DNA of 64,000 bases, taken from the IMG/VR virus record IMGVR_UViG_3300022934_002389, positions 1-64,000 of that record; one strand, 5' to 3'. This document shows positions 30,913 through 40,448 of the stretch, in pieces (the first letter of the stretch is position 1; each line of letters opens with the position of its first letter). This DNA is from an uncultured virus (IMG/VR IMGVR_UViG_3300022934_002389) (Duplodnaviria; Heunggongvirae; Uroviricota; Caudoviricetes). The notes under the pieces were generated by a model. That model ran no database searches. It was not told the origin of the DNA and was given only the letters and a program-made list of their open reading frames with translations. The position numbers were made by a program, and so were the translations under genes.

Positions 30913-31540
30913 AACTGTAGAGTTAAACGATCCTTGGGATGCAGTCACAGTATTTGAAGATAGACTAGCAGAATATGCTGGATCTAAATATGCAGTATGT
31001 GTTGATAGTTGTAGTAATTCAATGTTTCTTTGTATGAAATACTTAGGCGTAACAGGTCAAACAATTACATTGCCTGCACATACATATTCAAGCACACCAA
31101 TGCAGTGTATTCACGCAGGTAATAAAATTAAATTTATTGATAAAGAATGGAGTGGTGATTATTTTTTAGATCCTACTCCTATTGTTGACGGAGCAACTAG
31201 ATTCCGTAAAGGAATGTATATACCTGAGTCATATTATTGTGTAAGTTTTCATCATAGAAAAACACTTAAATTAGGTAAAGGTGGAGTAATACTAACAGAT
31301 GACATAGACTTTGTAGAATGGTGCCGTCCTATGATTTATGATGGGCGCCACAAATATGTTAGACATGAAGATGACGATTATAGTTGTATAGGCTATCATA
31401 TGTATATGACTCCAGAAGAAGCCATAAGAGGTATTACACTCTTTGAAGAATTAGGACCAGATAATCCTGATACAGGTTCTAGTACAACATACAAAGATTT
31501 ACGAAAACAGAAAGTATTTGACGAGTATAGAGATGAGTAA
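30890..31540 (+). CDS. Short DegT/DnrJ/EryC1/StrS-family PLP aminotransferase
   Basis: FEDRLAEY.GSKYAVCVDSCS, LPAHTY, IVDGA, and SFHHRKTL..G.GG (PLP Lys). Only about 216 aa. Start reassigned to ATG 30890. Confidence 0.75.
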   Translation: MILQLKDRTVELNDPWDAVTVFEDRLAEYAGSKYAVCVDSCSNSMFLCMKYLGVTGQTITLPAHTYSSTPMQCIHAGNKIKFIDKEWSGDYFLDPTPIVDGATRFRKGMYIPESYYCVSFHHRKTLKLGKGGVILTDDIDFVEWCRPMIYDGRHKYVRHEDDDYSCIGYHMYMTPEEAIRGITLFEELGPDNPDTGSSTTYKDLRKQKVFDEYRDE

Positions 31541-32576
31541 AATAAACGCAAACACAGAATGGGGCACACTTAAAGAAGTAATTTTAGGTAATGCAGAGTG
31601 GGCTCAAGTTCCTAGGATCAAAAACAAAGATATACATTGTGTTGACTATGCTAACATAGATGATTTATCCGACATGCCGGGCGGGCAATATCCAGAAGAT
31701 GTTATTAACGAAACTATAGAAGACTTAAACGTGTTTCAAAAACAACTTGAAGACATTGGTGTAAAAGTCATGCGTCCTACAAAGTTTAATCATGGAGTTA
31801 CACACATGTCTCCTGATTGGTCTACTGATGCATACTATAGTTATTGTCCACGTGATAGTGTGCTTACTATTGGTGATATGCTTATCGAAACTCCTATGCC
31901 TCTTAGAAGTAGATATTTTGAAACATTTGGTATGAGAAGTATTTTCAAAGAGTATTTTGTAAACGGCAGTAGATGGATTGCAGCACCTAAGCCTAGATTA
32001 CCAGATAAACTTTATGATAGATCAGATCTAAATGCTCCTACACTTACTGAATATGAACCAGCATTTGATGCTGCTAACTGTGTAAAGATAGGTAAAGATA
32101 TATTATATCTTGTTTCAAACAGCGGAAACAAAATGGGCGCACGGTGGCTACAAAGTACACTTGGTGAAAAGTATACAGTGCATATGTTAGAAAACGTGTA
32201 TGCATATGTACATTTAGATACTAGTATTATGCCATTGGCACCTGGTAAAGTATTATTAAATTCTGAAAGAGTAAAAGAAGAACAACTACCTGACATATTC
32301 AACAAGTGGGAAAAAATATGGGCACCTGAACCACATGAAACACAGGTTATGCATGATTGGGCACCTGCAAGTCCTTGGCTAGGAATGAATATTTTAAGTT
32401 TAAGTGAATCTTTAGTTGCCGTTGAAGAAAATCAACATAGTTTAACAAAAACTTTAGAAAATTCAGGCTTTGATGTTATGCACGTAAAGATGAGACATTG
32501 TCGAACACTAAGCGGCGGCCCCCATTGTGTTACACTTGATACAGTTAGAGAGGATGAATATGCAGACTATCGATAA
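31533..32576 (+). CDS. Amidinotransferase (glycine/scyllo-inosamine-phosphate amidinotransferase family)
   Basis: TEWGTLKEVILG, CPRD, R.RYFE, FDAAN (Asp), HLDT (His), MNILS and LSGGPHCVTLD (Cys). Confidence 0.9.
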   Translation: MSKINANTEWGTLKEVILGNAEWAQVPRIKNKDIHCVDYANIDDLSDMPGGQYPEDVINETIEDLNVFQKQLEDIGVKVMRPTKFNHGVTHMSPDWSTDAYYSYCPRDSVLTIGDMLIETPMPLRSRYFETFGMRSIFKEYFVNGSRWIAAPKPRLPDKLYDRSDLNAPTLTEYEPAFDAANCVKIGKDILYLVSNSGNKMGARWLQSTLGEKYTVHMLENVYAYVHLDTSIMPLAPGKVLLNSERVKEEQLPDIFNKWEKIWAPEPHETQVMHDWAPASPWLGMNILSLSESLVAVEENQHSLTKTLENSGFDVMHVKMRHCRTLSGGPHCVTLDTVREDEYADYR

Positions 32577-33450
32577 AGCAATTATTGGCTTAGGTTGTAG
32601 TTGGACACAGGGCGAAGGCGGCTATACAGAAGAAACATGGAAGAAACACAACGGAAAGATGAATTTTCCTATGGATCAAAGCACAGACCTTATTCCTATG
32701 GAATGGGAAAACAGTTGGGTTAATGTATTAGCAAGGGATCATTTTACGGATTATACAGCAGTTAATTTAGGTCAGCGAGGTATAGGTAACAGAGCAGCAG
32801 CAAGGTGTTTGTACTTGACAGATATAGATTGGGATGCAATGGAAGATTGCATTATTGTGTTTATGCTAAGTGGATACGAACGTTTTGATTTTTTTAGACA
32901 AGACATGCATTTTGACGAAGAGCCGCATTTTACAAGACACAGAGAACACCCTTATAAACGTGCTCATCATTATAACTTTAATACTGTATGGCCTAATGAT
33001 AGTGACAAGTTTTGGAAAGCATATACAAGAACTTGTTGGAGCGAAACATGTGCAAGTATGGAAACTCTATGTAGTATTTTAGAAGTGCAAAATTTTTGTA
33101 AGGCCTATGGATTTAAATTTGTTCTTGCAAATGCATTTGATTATAGAGGAAAACATGATTTAGAAACAAGAACAGGCGGTTTGCACGATCAAATAGATTG
33201 GACAAAGTATATACACGATTATAGACATTATGATCAATTTGTAGATTTGCTAGTAGAAGCAGATGATTGGTTACAAGGTGAACATGAAAGATCACAATGG
33301 TGGGATAGATATCATAATTTAGATTATCCTAAACAGTTTCTAACAAATGATATTCATCCAAATATCAATGGCTACAAGTTAATGGCAAAAGAACTTGCAG
33401 AATTTATTACAGAAACATATGGCTTGACAACTGCAAAAAATCCTGTATAA
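32560..33450 (+). CDS. SGNH/GDSL-like hydrolase or acyltransferase
   Basis: LGCSWTQG, NLGQRGIGN and NDIHPNINGY..MA. Start at ATG 32560 or 32554. Confidence 0.65.
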   Translation: MQTIDKAIIGLGCSWTQGEGGYTEETWKKHNGKMNFPMDQSTDLIPMEWENSWVNVLARDHFTDYTAVNLGQRGIGNRAAARCLYLTDIDWDAMEDCIIVFMLSGYERFDFFRQDMHFDEEPHFTRHREHPYKRAHHYNFNTVWPNDSDKFWKAYTRTCWSETCASMETLCSILEVQNFCKAYGFKFVLANAFDYRGKHDLETRTGGLHDQIDWTKYIHDYRHYDQFVDLLVEADDWLQGEHERSQWWDRYHNLDYPKQFLTNDIHPNINGYKLMAKELAEFITETYGLTTAKNPV

Positions 33451-33451
33451 T
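33424..33451 (+). promoter_or_regulatory. Sigma70-type promoter (TTGACA-N16-TATAAT)
   Basis: Perfect -35 and -10 hexamers upstream of AAGGA and ATG 33470. Confidence 0.75.
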
Positions 33452-33469
33452 TTATAAAAAGGATTTCGT

Positions 33470-34993
33470 ATGAGCGATTATAATCAGTCTGCAGATATTG
33501 CAGAAAAGCAGTTAAAGAATATCAGCAAGACAATGTGTTATGCAAAATGGACACAGGTTTCTATGCATCTTACAAATGGTAAAACGCATAGTTGCTATCA
33601 TCCGCCATTGCATGATATGGATGTTGATGCTGTAAAAGCAAATCCTAAAGCCTTACATAATACTGCACAAAAGAAAGAAGAACGTGCAATGATGCTCAAA
33701 GGCGAGCGTCCTGCAGGTTGTGCATATTGCTGGAAGATTGAAGACGTAGGAGGTCGCAGTGATAGAATATACCGTTCCGGAGAGTATTGGGCACAGAATA
33801 GTAGAAGTGATATTATTGATGCACTAGATACAGGTGACGTAGATCCACGTTATATGGAAGTTAATTTTAACCAAGCATGTAATTTTTCTTGTATGTATTG
33901 TTCTCCACATTTAAGCACAACATGGGAAGAAAAAATCAAAGAACATGGCGAATTTAAAATACTAGATGCAGAGGGCAAGGAAACAGGACATAACAATCTA
34001 GAGTATTTGCAAGAAAAAGGACTTATGCCTTTGAAAGTACGGCAAAGCGAAAATCCTTATCTTGAAGCTTTTTGGAAATGGTGGCCTAGTTTATATAACA
34101 AACTAGAAGTATTTCGTATTACAGGCGGCGAGCCGTTAATGGACATCAACACATTTCGTGTACTTGAATATATCTATGAAAATCCAAACACATGGCTTGA
34201 ATTAAGTATTACAACAAACATGTGTCCTCCTAAAGAAGAACTTATGGATAGATTCTTATCTAAAGTAAAAAAACTTGAAGAGATACAAATTTGGGAAGAT
34301 AAAAATCGTTGGAATCCAGGTAGCGGAAACAACTGGTATGTTAACATGGCATTGAAAAACTTTGCGTTGTTTATTTCAGTTGACAGCGTAGGCTCACAAG
34401 CAGAATACATACGTGGCGGATTAAAGTGGGATACAATGACACGTAATACTATGCGTTTTCTAACAGAAACAAAAAATACAACTGTTACATTTATTAATAC
34501 TTTTAATGCTTTGTCTGTGCCAAAAGTAAAAGACTATTTAGAATACGTGTTAAAATTAAGACAGCGTTTTAGTGCAAGTAATCAAGGTGTGCAATATATT
34601 CCTATACACGACCCTTACACTAAACACGATGATTATGAAATACATCCTCGTCAGCGTATTTGGTTTGATATACCTCTAATTAGATATCCTGACTGGCAAA
34701 CTATTCAAATTTTAACACCAGACTTTGACAAGTATCTTGAAGAAGCAATTGACTTTATGAAACAAAATAGCAATGTAAGCGATTTTGCAGGATTCTATGA
34801 TTTTGAAATTGCAAAACTAGAACGCAATCTTGCTATAATGCGTGAACGTGTTGACATTAATCAAAACAAAATAGAATTAGATAGAAAAAACTTTGCAAGG
34901 TTTTTTGATCAGTATGACGAAAGGAACTTCTTAAAATTTGTAGAAGTGTTTCCTGAAATGGAAGATTTCTACAAGTTATGTAAAACTCTATAA
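33470..34993 (+). CDS. Radical SAM protein with N-terminal Twitch-like domain (close paralog of 19246)
   Basis: MCYAKW..THSCYHP..ALHNT..GCAYCW, CNFSCMYC, FWKWWP, RITGGEP and FPEM. Confidence 0.9.
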   Translation: MSDYNQSADIAEKQLKNISKTMCYAKWTQVSMHLTNGKTHSCYHPPLHDMDVDAVKANPKALHNTAQKKEERAMMLKGERPAGCAYCWKIEDVGGRSDRIYRSGEYWAQNSRSDIIDALDTGDVDPRYMEVNFNQACNFSCMYCSPHLSTTWEEKIKEHGEFKILDAEGKETGHNNLEYLQEKGLMPLKVRQSENPYLEAFWKWWPSLYNKLEVFRITGGEPLMDINTFRVLEYIYENPNTWLELSITTNMCPPKEELMDRFLSKVKKLEEIQIWEDKNRWNPGSGNNWYVNMALKNFALFISVDSVGSQAEYIRGGLKWDTMTRNTMRFLTETKNTTVTFINTFNALSVPKVKDYLEYVLKLRQRFSASNQGVQYIPIHDPYTKHDDYEIHPRQRIWFDIPLIRYPDWQTIQILTPDFDKYLEEAIDFMKQNSNVSDFAGFYDFEIAKLERNLAIMRERVDINQNKIELDRKNFARFFDQYDERNFLKFVEVFPEMEDFYKLCKTL

Positions 34994-37557
34994 TGTATGA
35001 CATCTTTTTTATTGGTGTAAAAAATGACACTTATGAATATCTAAAAGCAAATTTTGTTACAGCAAAATATGCACCTAATTTTTTAACTGCCCAAAGTCAA
35101 TCCTTAACAGACTTTTTTTGGGTAGTTCCTGATGATGTAAGTATAGTAGAAAATTTTACATTTGACTATGAGCCTGATGATTGGAGCAAGAATTACAACC
35201 ATGTGTTTCTTAATGACACCAAATATGACGGTGTGTGTTTGATTCCTAAAGATAATGAAATTACTCTAGACGAAATTGAAAAAAGATGTTATAATAAACA
35301 AAAACAAGTAGAATTACAAGTTAGCGTACCAAAACCGTATGATAAGTTTTATATTGAAACATACGATGATTATAAAGACGCACTGGAGTCGTCAAACACT
35401 GCAATGTTTTGGGCATTGTCATACAACTTAGAATTAAAGGAAGACTTTGACTTTGATTTACATTTTGCACATGATAACATATATGACAAAGAAACAAATC
35501 ATGTGTTCGTTCACGAAGTAAATGGACAAAAGTTATACAATGGAGTAGCACTGTTGACAAAAGCAAGAATTTTAACAAAAAAAGAAATTGAACATCGTTT
35601 TATTGTAAACAGAAAAGAATGGAACATTGTAGCAAGTGGACCTGTAAAATATAATAAATTTGTAATTGATAGTTGGGAAGACTATCAATATGCACTTGAA
35701 AATTCAAATACAGAAATGTTTTGGGGAACAAGTGTTAATATCGATACAAGCGGGTTTGCATTTGATACTTATTTTACACATGACAATGAATATGATAGAA
35801 AAACAAATCATGCATTTATACATCGTGTAGATGATAATGATTTATACAATGGTGTATTTTTATTTTCAAAACATGCACCAGTATCGCAAAGAGAAATTGA
35901 GCATAGATTTATTGTAAATCACAAACCATGGGATGTAGTGGCAAGTAAACCTATACAATATGATAAGTTTCCTATAGACAGTTATCAAGACTATGTAACA
36001 GCATTAAATTCAAGCACAACAGAAATGTTTTGGGGTATTCCTAAAGATGTAGACGTTGCTGATGATTTTAAATTTGATCTATACTTTGAACATTCTAATA
36101 CATATGACCGCAGTGTTAATCATGCATTTTTAAATAATGATACATATGACGGCATTATGCTTTTTAGTAAGCAGTCGCCGGTATCACAACGTGAAGTTGA
36201 TTATAGATTCTATGCAAACAAAAAAGAATGGGACATTGTAGCAAGTACACCTAAACCGTTTGATGTGTTTAATATTGATACGTATGAACAATATCTACAA
36301 GCCTTAGACAATACAACAACAGAATTATTCTGGTTTAGTACAAATAATATTGCACTTGATGAAAAGTTTGTTAATAGTTTTTATATCAGTCATCATGAGC
36401 AAATTGATAGAAAACAAAATCATAGTTTTGTACATAAAGTAGAAGATAAAGACTTGCGTACTGGTGCATATCTATGTAGTATCCATAAACCTGTAAGTAA
36501 AAAAGAAATAGAACACAGGCATCTAGTAGAGCGTAAAGAATGGAATAATGTTGCTAGTGGACCTGCACAATACGATAGATTTAATGTTGAGTCTTGGGAA
36601 GATTATTTACGTGCAGTTAAGATGAGTAAAACTGAATTATTTTATGCAGATGATCCTAATATTGATACAAGCAAGTTTAGATTTAATATGTATTTTGATC
36701 ATGCAAACACATATGACAGAAAACAAAACCATGCATTTGTACACAAAGATGGCTCTGAAACAGGTTACAATGGATTGTTTTTGTTGTCTAAACAATCTCC
36801 TATTACCAAAAAAGAAATTGAACACAGATTTGTTGTTAATCACAAGCCTTGGAATATTATGGCAAGTGAATACAAAATTTATGATGTTGTGTTTATTTCA
36901 TATCAAGAACCTAATGCAGACGAAAATTATGAACTACTGCTAGAACGTGTACCAAATGCAAAACGTGTACATGGAGTAAAAGGTATTCACCAAGCACATA
37001 TCGAAGCAGCAAAACTTTGCGAAACTGAAATGTTTTGGATTGTTGACGGTGACGCACAAATTGTAGATGATTTTAGTTTTGAATATCGTGTTCCACGTTG
37101 GGACAGAGACATGGTGCATGTATGGCGTACACAAAACCCAATTAATGATCTAGTATATGGTTATGGCGGACTAAAACTGTTTCCAAGAATGTTAACTATT
37201 AATATGGATACAAGTAAGCCTGACATGACAACAAGTATTACAAACAAATTCAAGGCTGTCCAACAAATATCAAACTTAACTTGTTTTAATACAGGACCTT
37301 TTGAAACATGGAAGTCAGCATTTAGAGAATGCTGTAAACTTTCATCAGGTGTTATTGACAGACAAAAAGACTTAGAAACACAAGAGCGTTTGGATATTTG
37401 GTGTACAAAAGGTGTAGATAAACCATATGGTGAATATGCTATAGCAGGTGCAAAAGCAGGTGCAGCATATGGTAAAGAAAATGCAACTAATATTGCTGCA
37501 CTAAAACTTATTAATGACTTTGATTGGCTAAAGGATAAGTTCAATGCAGACACATGA
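34993..37557 (+). CDS. Repeat-containing glycosyltransferase-like protein
   Basis: Six units of about 100-114 aa, followed by a domain homologous to 18308 (YDVVFISYQEPNADENY..IVDGD..WKSAFREC). Confidence 0.7.
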   Translation: MYDIFFIGVKNDTYEYLKANFVTAKYAPNFLTAQSQSLTDFFWVVPDDVSIVENFTFDYEPDDWSKNYNHVFLNDTKYDGVCLIPKDNEITLDEIEKRCYNKQKQVELQVSVPKPYDKFYIETYDDYKDALESSNTAMFWALSYNLELKEDFDFDLHFAHDNIYDKETNHVFVHEVNGQKLYNGVALLTKARILTKKEIEHRFIVNRKEWNIVASGPVKYNKFVIDSWEDYQYALENSNTEMFWGTSVNIDTSGFAFDTYFTHDNEYDRKTNHAFIHRVDDNDLYNGVFLFSKHAPVSQREIEHRFIVNHKPWDVVASKPIQYDKFPIDSYQDYVTALNSSTTEMFWGIPKDVDVADDFKFDLYFEHSNTYDRSVNHAFLNNDTYDGIMLFSKQSPVSQREVDYRFYANKKEWDIVASTPKPFDVFNIDTYEQYLQALDNTTTELFWFSTNNIALDEKFVNSFYISHHEQIDRKQNHSFVHKVEDKDLRTGAYLCSIHKPVSKKEIEHRHLVERKEWNNVASGPAQYDRFNVESWEDYLRAVKMSKTELFYADDPNIDTSKFRFNMYFDHANTYDRKQNHAFVHKDGSETGYNGLFLLSKQSPITKKEIEHRFVVNHKPWNIMASEYKIYDVVFISYQEPNADENYELLLERVPNAKRVHGVKGIHQAHIEAAKLCETEMFWIVDGDAQIVDDFSFEYRVPRWDRDMVHVWRTQNPINDLVYGYGGLKLFPRMLTINMDTSKPDMTTSITNKFKAVQQISNLTCFNTGPFETWKSAFRECCKLSSGVIDRQKDLETQERLDIWCTKGVDKPYGEYAIAGAKAGAAYGKENATNIAALKLINDFDWLKDKFNADT
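34996..36879 (+). repeat. Intragenic tandem repeat, 6 units of about 300-340 bp
   Basis: Unit starts at 34996, 35338, 35650, 35959, 36259 and 36571. Consensus YD.F.I..Y.DY..AL..S.TEMFW...F.FD.YF.H.N.YDRK.NH.F...Y.G..L.SK..P...KEIEHRF.VN.K.W..VAS (the first unit is more degenerate). Confidence 0.9.
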
Positions 37558-38452
37558 GTTACTTGATAGATTTGAATTGATGTATCCTAGAGATACTAGA
37601 TTAAGTGATTTACGTAGAGCATATATTGACAAAGATATGAGTAGTATCTTTAGACTACTTCCTACTGTTATACGTGGAAGTACAGATGATTTGCGTAAAG
37701 TAATGATGGAAAATAATTTACACAGTTTGTTTAGACTTGCAGAAGATGAAGAATTGCGTAAGTTATTATTAGAAAACAATACATATAAACTTTGGCCAGT
37801 ATTGAAAAGATTTAAAGATACAAGATTTATTGATGCGTTTAAAAATCTACAAATAAACAATATTGAATACGATACAGATTGTTTTAGTAGAGGACAACTT
37901 GAAAGTAAACTTTGGTTAGTACAAGAATTACAAAGACAAAAAATTGATTTAGGCACAGTATTTCTTTGTGCAGGATGGTACGCTACACTTGCTACAATGT
38001 TATTTGAAAGTAACATTAAGTTGGATAAAGTTAGATCTTTTGACGTTGATCCTACTTGCGCAAACATTGCTGAAGTTTTCAATAAGCCTTGGGTAAAAGA
38101 AGAATGGCAGTTTAAAGCCTGTACACAAGATATTATGGAAATACAATGGGATGGGCATAGTTATCCTGTAAATAGAAGTGATGGTAGTGTTTGTATGCTT
38201 TATGATACACCAGATACAATTATTAATACTAGTTGCGAACATATAGAAAACTTTGCAAAATGGTATGATTCAATACCAGAAGGTAAATTAGTTGTACTAC
38301 AAAGCAACAACTATTATGAAATTGAAGAACATGTAAATTGTGTAGGAAGTATTGAAGAGTTTGCAGTAAAGGCATCTATGAATAATATTTTATATGCAGG
38401 TGAATTTGATTTGCCCAAGTATACGAGGTTTATGTTAATTGGATTTAAGTAA
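37544..38452 (+). CDS. Class I SAM-dependent methyltransferase-like protein
   Basis: GQLESKLWL, VFLCAGWY (motif I-like), SFDVDP, QDI and IINTSCEH. Confidence 0.6.
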   Translation: MQTHELLDRFELMYPRDTRLSDLRRAYIDKDMSSIFRLLPTVIRGSTDDLRKVMMENNLHSLFRLAEDEELRKLLLENNTYKLWPVLKRFKDTRFIDAFKNLQINNIEYDTDCFSRGQLESKLWLVQELQRQKIDLGTVFLCAGWYATLATMLFESNIKLDKVRSFDVDPTCANIAEVFNKPWVKEEWQFKACTQDIMEIQWDGHSYPVNRSDGSVCMLYDTPDTIINTSCEHIENFAKWYDSIPEGKLVVLQSNNYYEIEEHVNCVGSIEEFAVKASMNNILYAGEFDLPKYTRFMLIGFK

Positions 38453-38666
38453 GTTTACAACTAGACAGTTGCAATTAGAATGTGCAAGAGCACTGAGCAC
38501 AATGCAAGCAACTAATAACAACATATGGCAGTTTAACAAAGAAGCACACCATAACAGTTGGAATTGGTATTGTGCTGTCATACACTGGTATATTGAACAG
38601 TATGGTGATTTACCTAGTAAAGTCGGCCCTGGCAAGGATGTGGAGTTAGTTTACGATAATGTATAA
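38439..38666 (+). CDS. Small Trp-rich hypothetical protein
   Basis: 75 aa, TTG start after GAGG. Fills the gap between the methyltransferase and the radical SAM gene, overlapping both. Confidence 0.6.
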   Translation: MDLSKFTTRQLQLECARALSTMQATNNNIWQFNKEAHHNSWNWYCAVIHWYIEQYGDLPSKVGPGKDVELVYDNV

Positions 38667-39726
38667 TTATGAAGATATTAAAACTATTCATTTAGAAGTT
38701 ACACAAAACTGTCAAGCCAGTTGTCCAATGTGTGATCGAAACATGAATGGTGAAGGAATAAATCCTCATATTAACCTTGATGAATTGTACTATGAAGATT
38801 GCGTAAAGATATTTGATGCTTCCTTTATAAAACAATTGGATACTATGTACATGTGTGGTAATTTGGGCGATCCTATTGTTGCACAAGATACACTTGAAAT
38901 ATTCAAATATTTTAGAAAGCATAACCCTAATATGTGGTTAAGCATGAATACAAACGGAGGAGCAAAAAATGAAGAATGGTGGAGACAACTGGCTGAAGTT
39001 TTTGGAAGGATGGGTGCCGTTATATTTAGTGTTGACGGTTTGCGTGACACTAATCATCTATATCGCCAAGGTGTTGTATGGGATAATGTAGAACGCAATA
39101 TGAGAGCCTTTATAGACGCAGGTGGCAGGGCACGTTGGGACTATTTGATATTTGAACATAACCAGCATCAAGTAGAAGAAGCAGAAGCACTTGCTAATGA
39201 ATGGGGTTGCGAAAAGTTTATGAAGAAAAAGACTGGACGCTTTATTACACAAGATTCAAAAAAGAAAGAATCGCATCAAGCAGTTGATCGTAAAGGTAAA
39301 GAAACTACTGAACTAAAAAAACCTGATGAAAAGTACCAAAACAAAGCTTTAACTAAACAAGATAAAATTATAGAAAAATACGGAAGTATGGATGCATATT
39401 ACAATGCTGTTCCTGTAATATGTAAAGTAAAAAAAGAAAACAGTCTGTTTATAACAGCAGAAGGACTTGCGTTGCCCTGCTGCTGGACTGCTGGACGTAT
39501 GTACAAATGGTGGCATAAAGATCCTAAAATAGAACAAATATGGGATTTCATTGAAGATAAAACAAAATTAGATGCACGTAATGGATTAGAAAAAGTTTTT
39601 AAAACAGGTATTTTTGATGCTATACAAAACAGTTGGAATAAGCCGAGTTGTTTTGCAGGTAAATTAAAAGTTTGTGCTATGAAGTGCGGTGCGGAGTTTG
39701 ATCCATTTGCGGAGCAATTTAAATGA
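38659..39726 (+). CDS. Radical SAM protein with C-terminal Twitch/SPASM-like domain
   Basis: CQASCPMC, MCGNLGDP, TNG and FSVDG. C-terminal IC...LFITAEG..LPCC...VCAMKC. Confidence 0.88.
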   Translation: MYNYEDIKTIHLEVTQNCQASCPMCDRNMNGEGINPHINLDELYYEDCVKIFDASFIKQLDTMYMCGNLGDPIVAQDTLEIFKYFRKHNPNMWLSMNTNGGAKNEEWWRQLAEVFGRMGAVIFSVDGLRDTNHLYRQGVVWDNVERNMRAFIDAGGRARWDYLIFEHNQHQVEEAEALANEWGCEKFMKKKTGRFITQDSKKKESHQAVDRKGKETTELKKPDEKYQNKALTKQDKIIEKYGSMDAYYNAVPVICKVKKENSLFITAEGLALPCCWTAGRMYKWWHKDPKIEQIWDFIEDKTKLDARNGLEKVFKTGIFDAIQNSWNKPSCFAGKLKVCAMKCGAEFDPFAEQFK

Positions 39727-40448
39727 TATTATTTAATGGATGCAGTTTTACATACGGCGATGAATTAATAGATGCTGAAAATACATGTTTTGCTGCACTT
39801 GCAGGAAAAAAATTAAATCAAGATTTTAAAAATTTAGGAACACTCGGCGGCAGTAATCATAGGATTGTTAGAACTACATTTGCAAATTTAGATGAAAATA
39901 TTAAAGCAGCAGTTATACAATGGACATCTCCTACAAGATTTGAACATTTTGTACAAGATAGTTTAGAGACAAACGATGGATATAGAAAAGTTACTTTACA
40001 AAAATTAGGACCTATAGGTCACCATCATGATAGGACTATATGGAGAATGTTTAATGCAAACCAGTATAGTAAAACAAATCTTGCACTTAAAAAATATGCA
40101 GTGCAAGTTAGAACTTATAGAGCAAACTGTATAGAATTTTTATATCAAGTACATCAAATTCAAACAGCCTTAAGATTAGCAGATATACCTTATTTTATGG
40201 TAAACGGAATAAAAGAAATACATCAAGATATATTTCCAGATAATTTATCTCATTTAAGAAATAGTTGTCCTGTATATAATAAAATTGACTGGAGTGACAA
40301 AGTTTGGTTGTTAGATCCAAAAACTGATAGTATAGAAGACTGGACTAAACGTAATAACTATGCTATAGGTAGCGGCGAGCATCCACTTGAGGAAGCACAT
40401 GATGCTTTTTCTGATATAATACTACATAGATTGAAAGATAAAATATGA
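39723..40448 (+). CDS. SGNH/GDSL-like hydrolase or acyltransferase
   Basis: FNGCSFTYGDEL, NLG..GGSN.RI.R, IQWT...R and GEHP...AH. Confidence 0.65.
   Translation: MILFNGCSFTYGDELIDAENTCFAALAGKKLNQDFKNLGTLGGSNHRIVRTTFANLDENIKAAVIQWTSPTRFEHFVQDSLETNDGYRKVTLQKLGPIGHHHDRTIWRMFNANQYSKTNLALKKYAVQVRTYRANCIEFLYQVHQIQTALRLADIPYFMVNGIKEIHQDIFPDNLSHLRNSCPVYNKIDWSDKVWLLDPKTDSIEDWTKRNNYAIGSGEHPLEEAHDAFSDIILHRLKDKI

Noticed and set aside
34996..36879. Possible CRISPR array or diversity-generating retroelement repeats
   Set aside because: The units are about 300 bp, in frame and diverged at synonymous sites. There are no short identical repeats with spacers, no adenine-specific mismatch pattern was noticed, and no reverse transcriptase is in the window.
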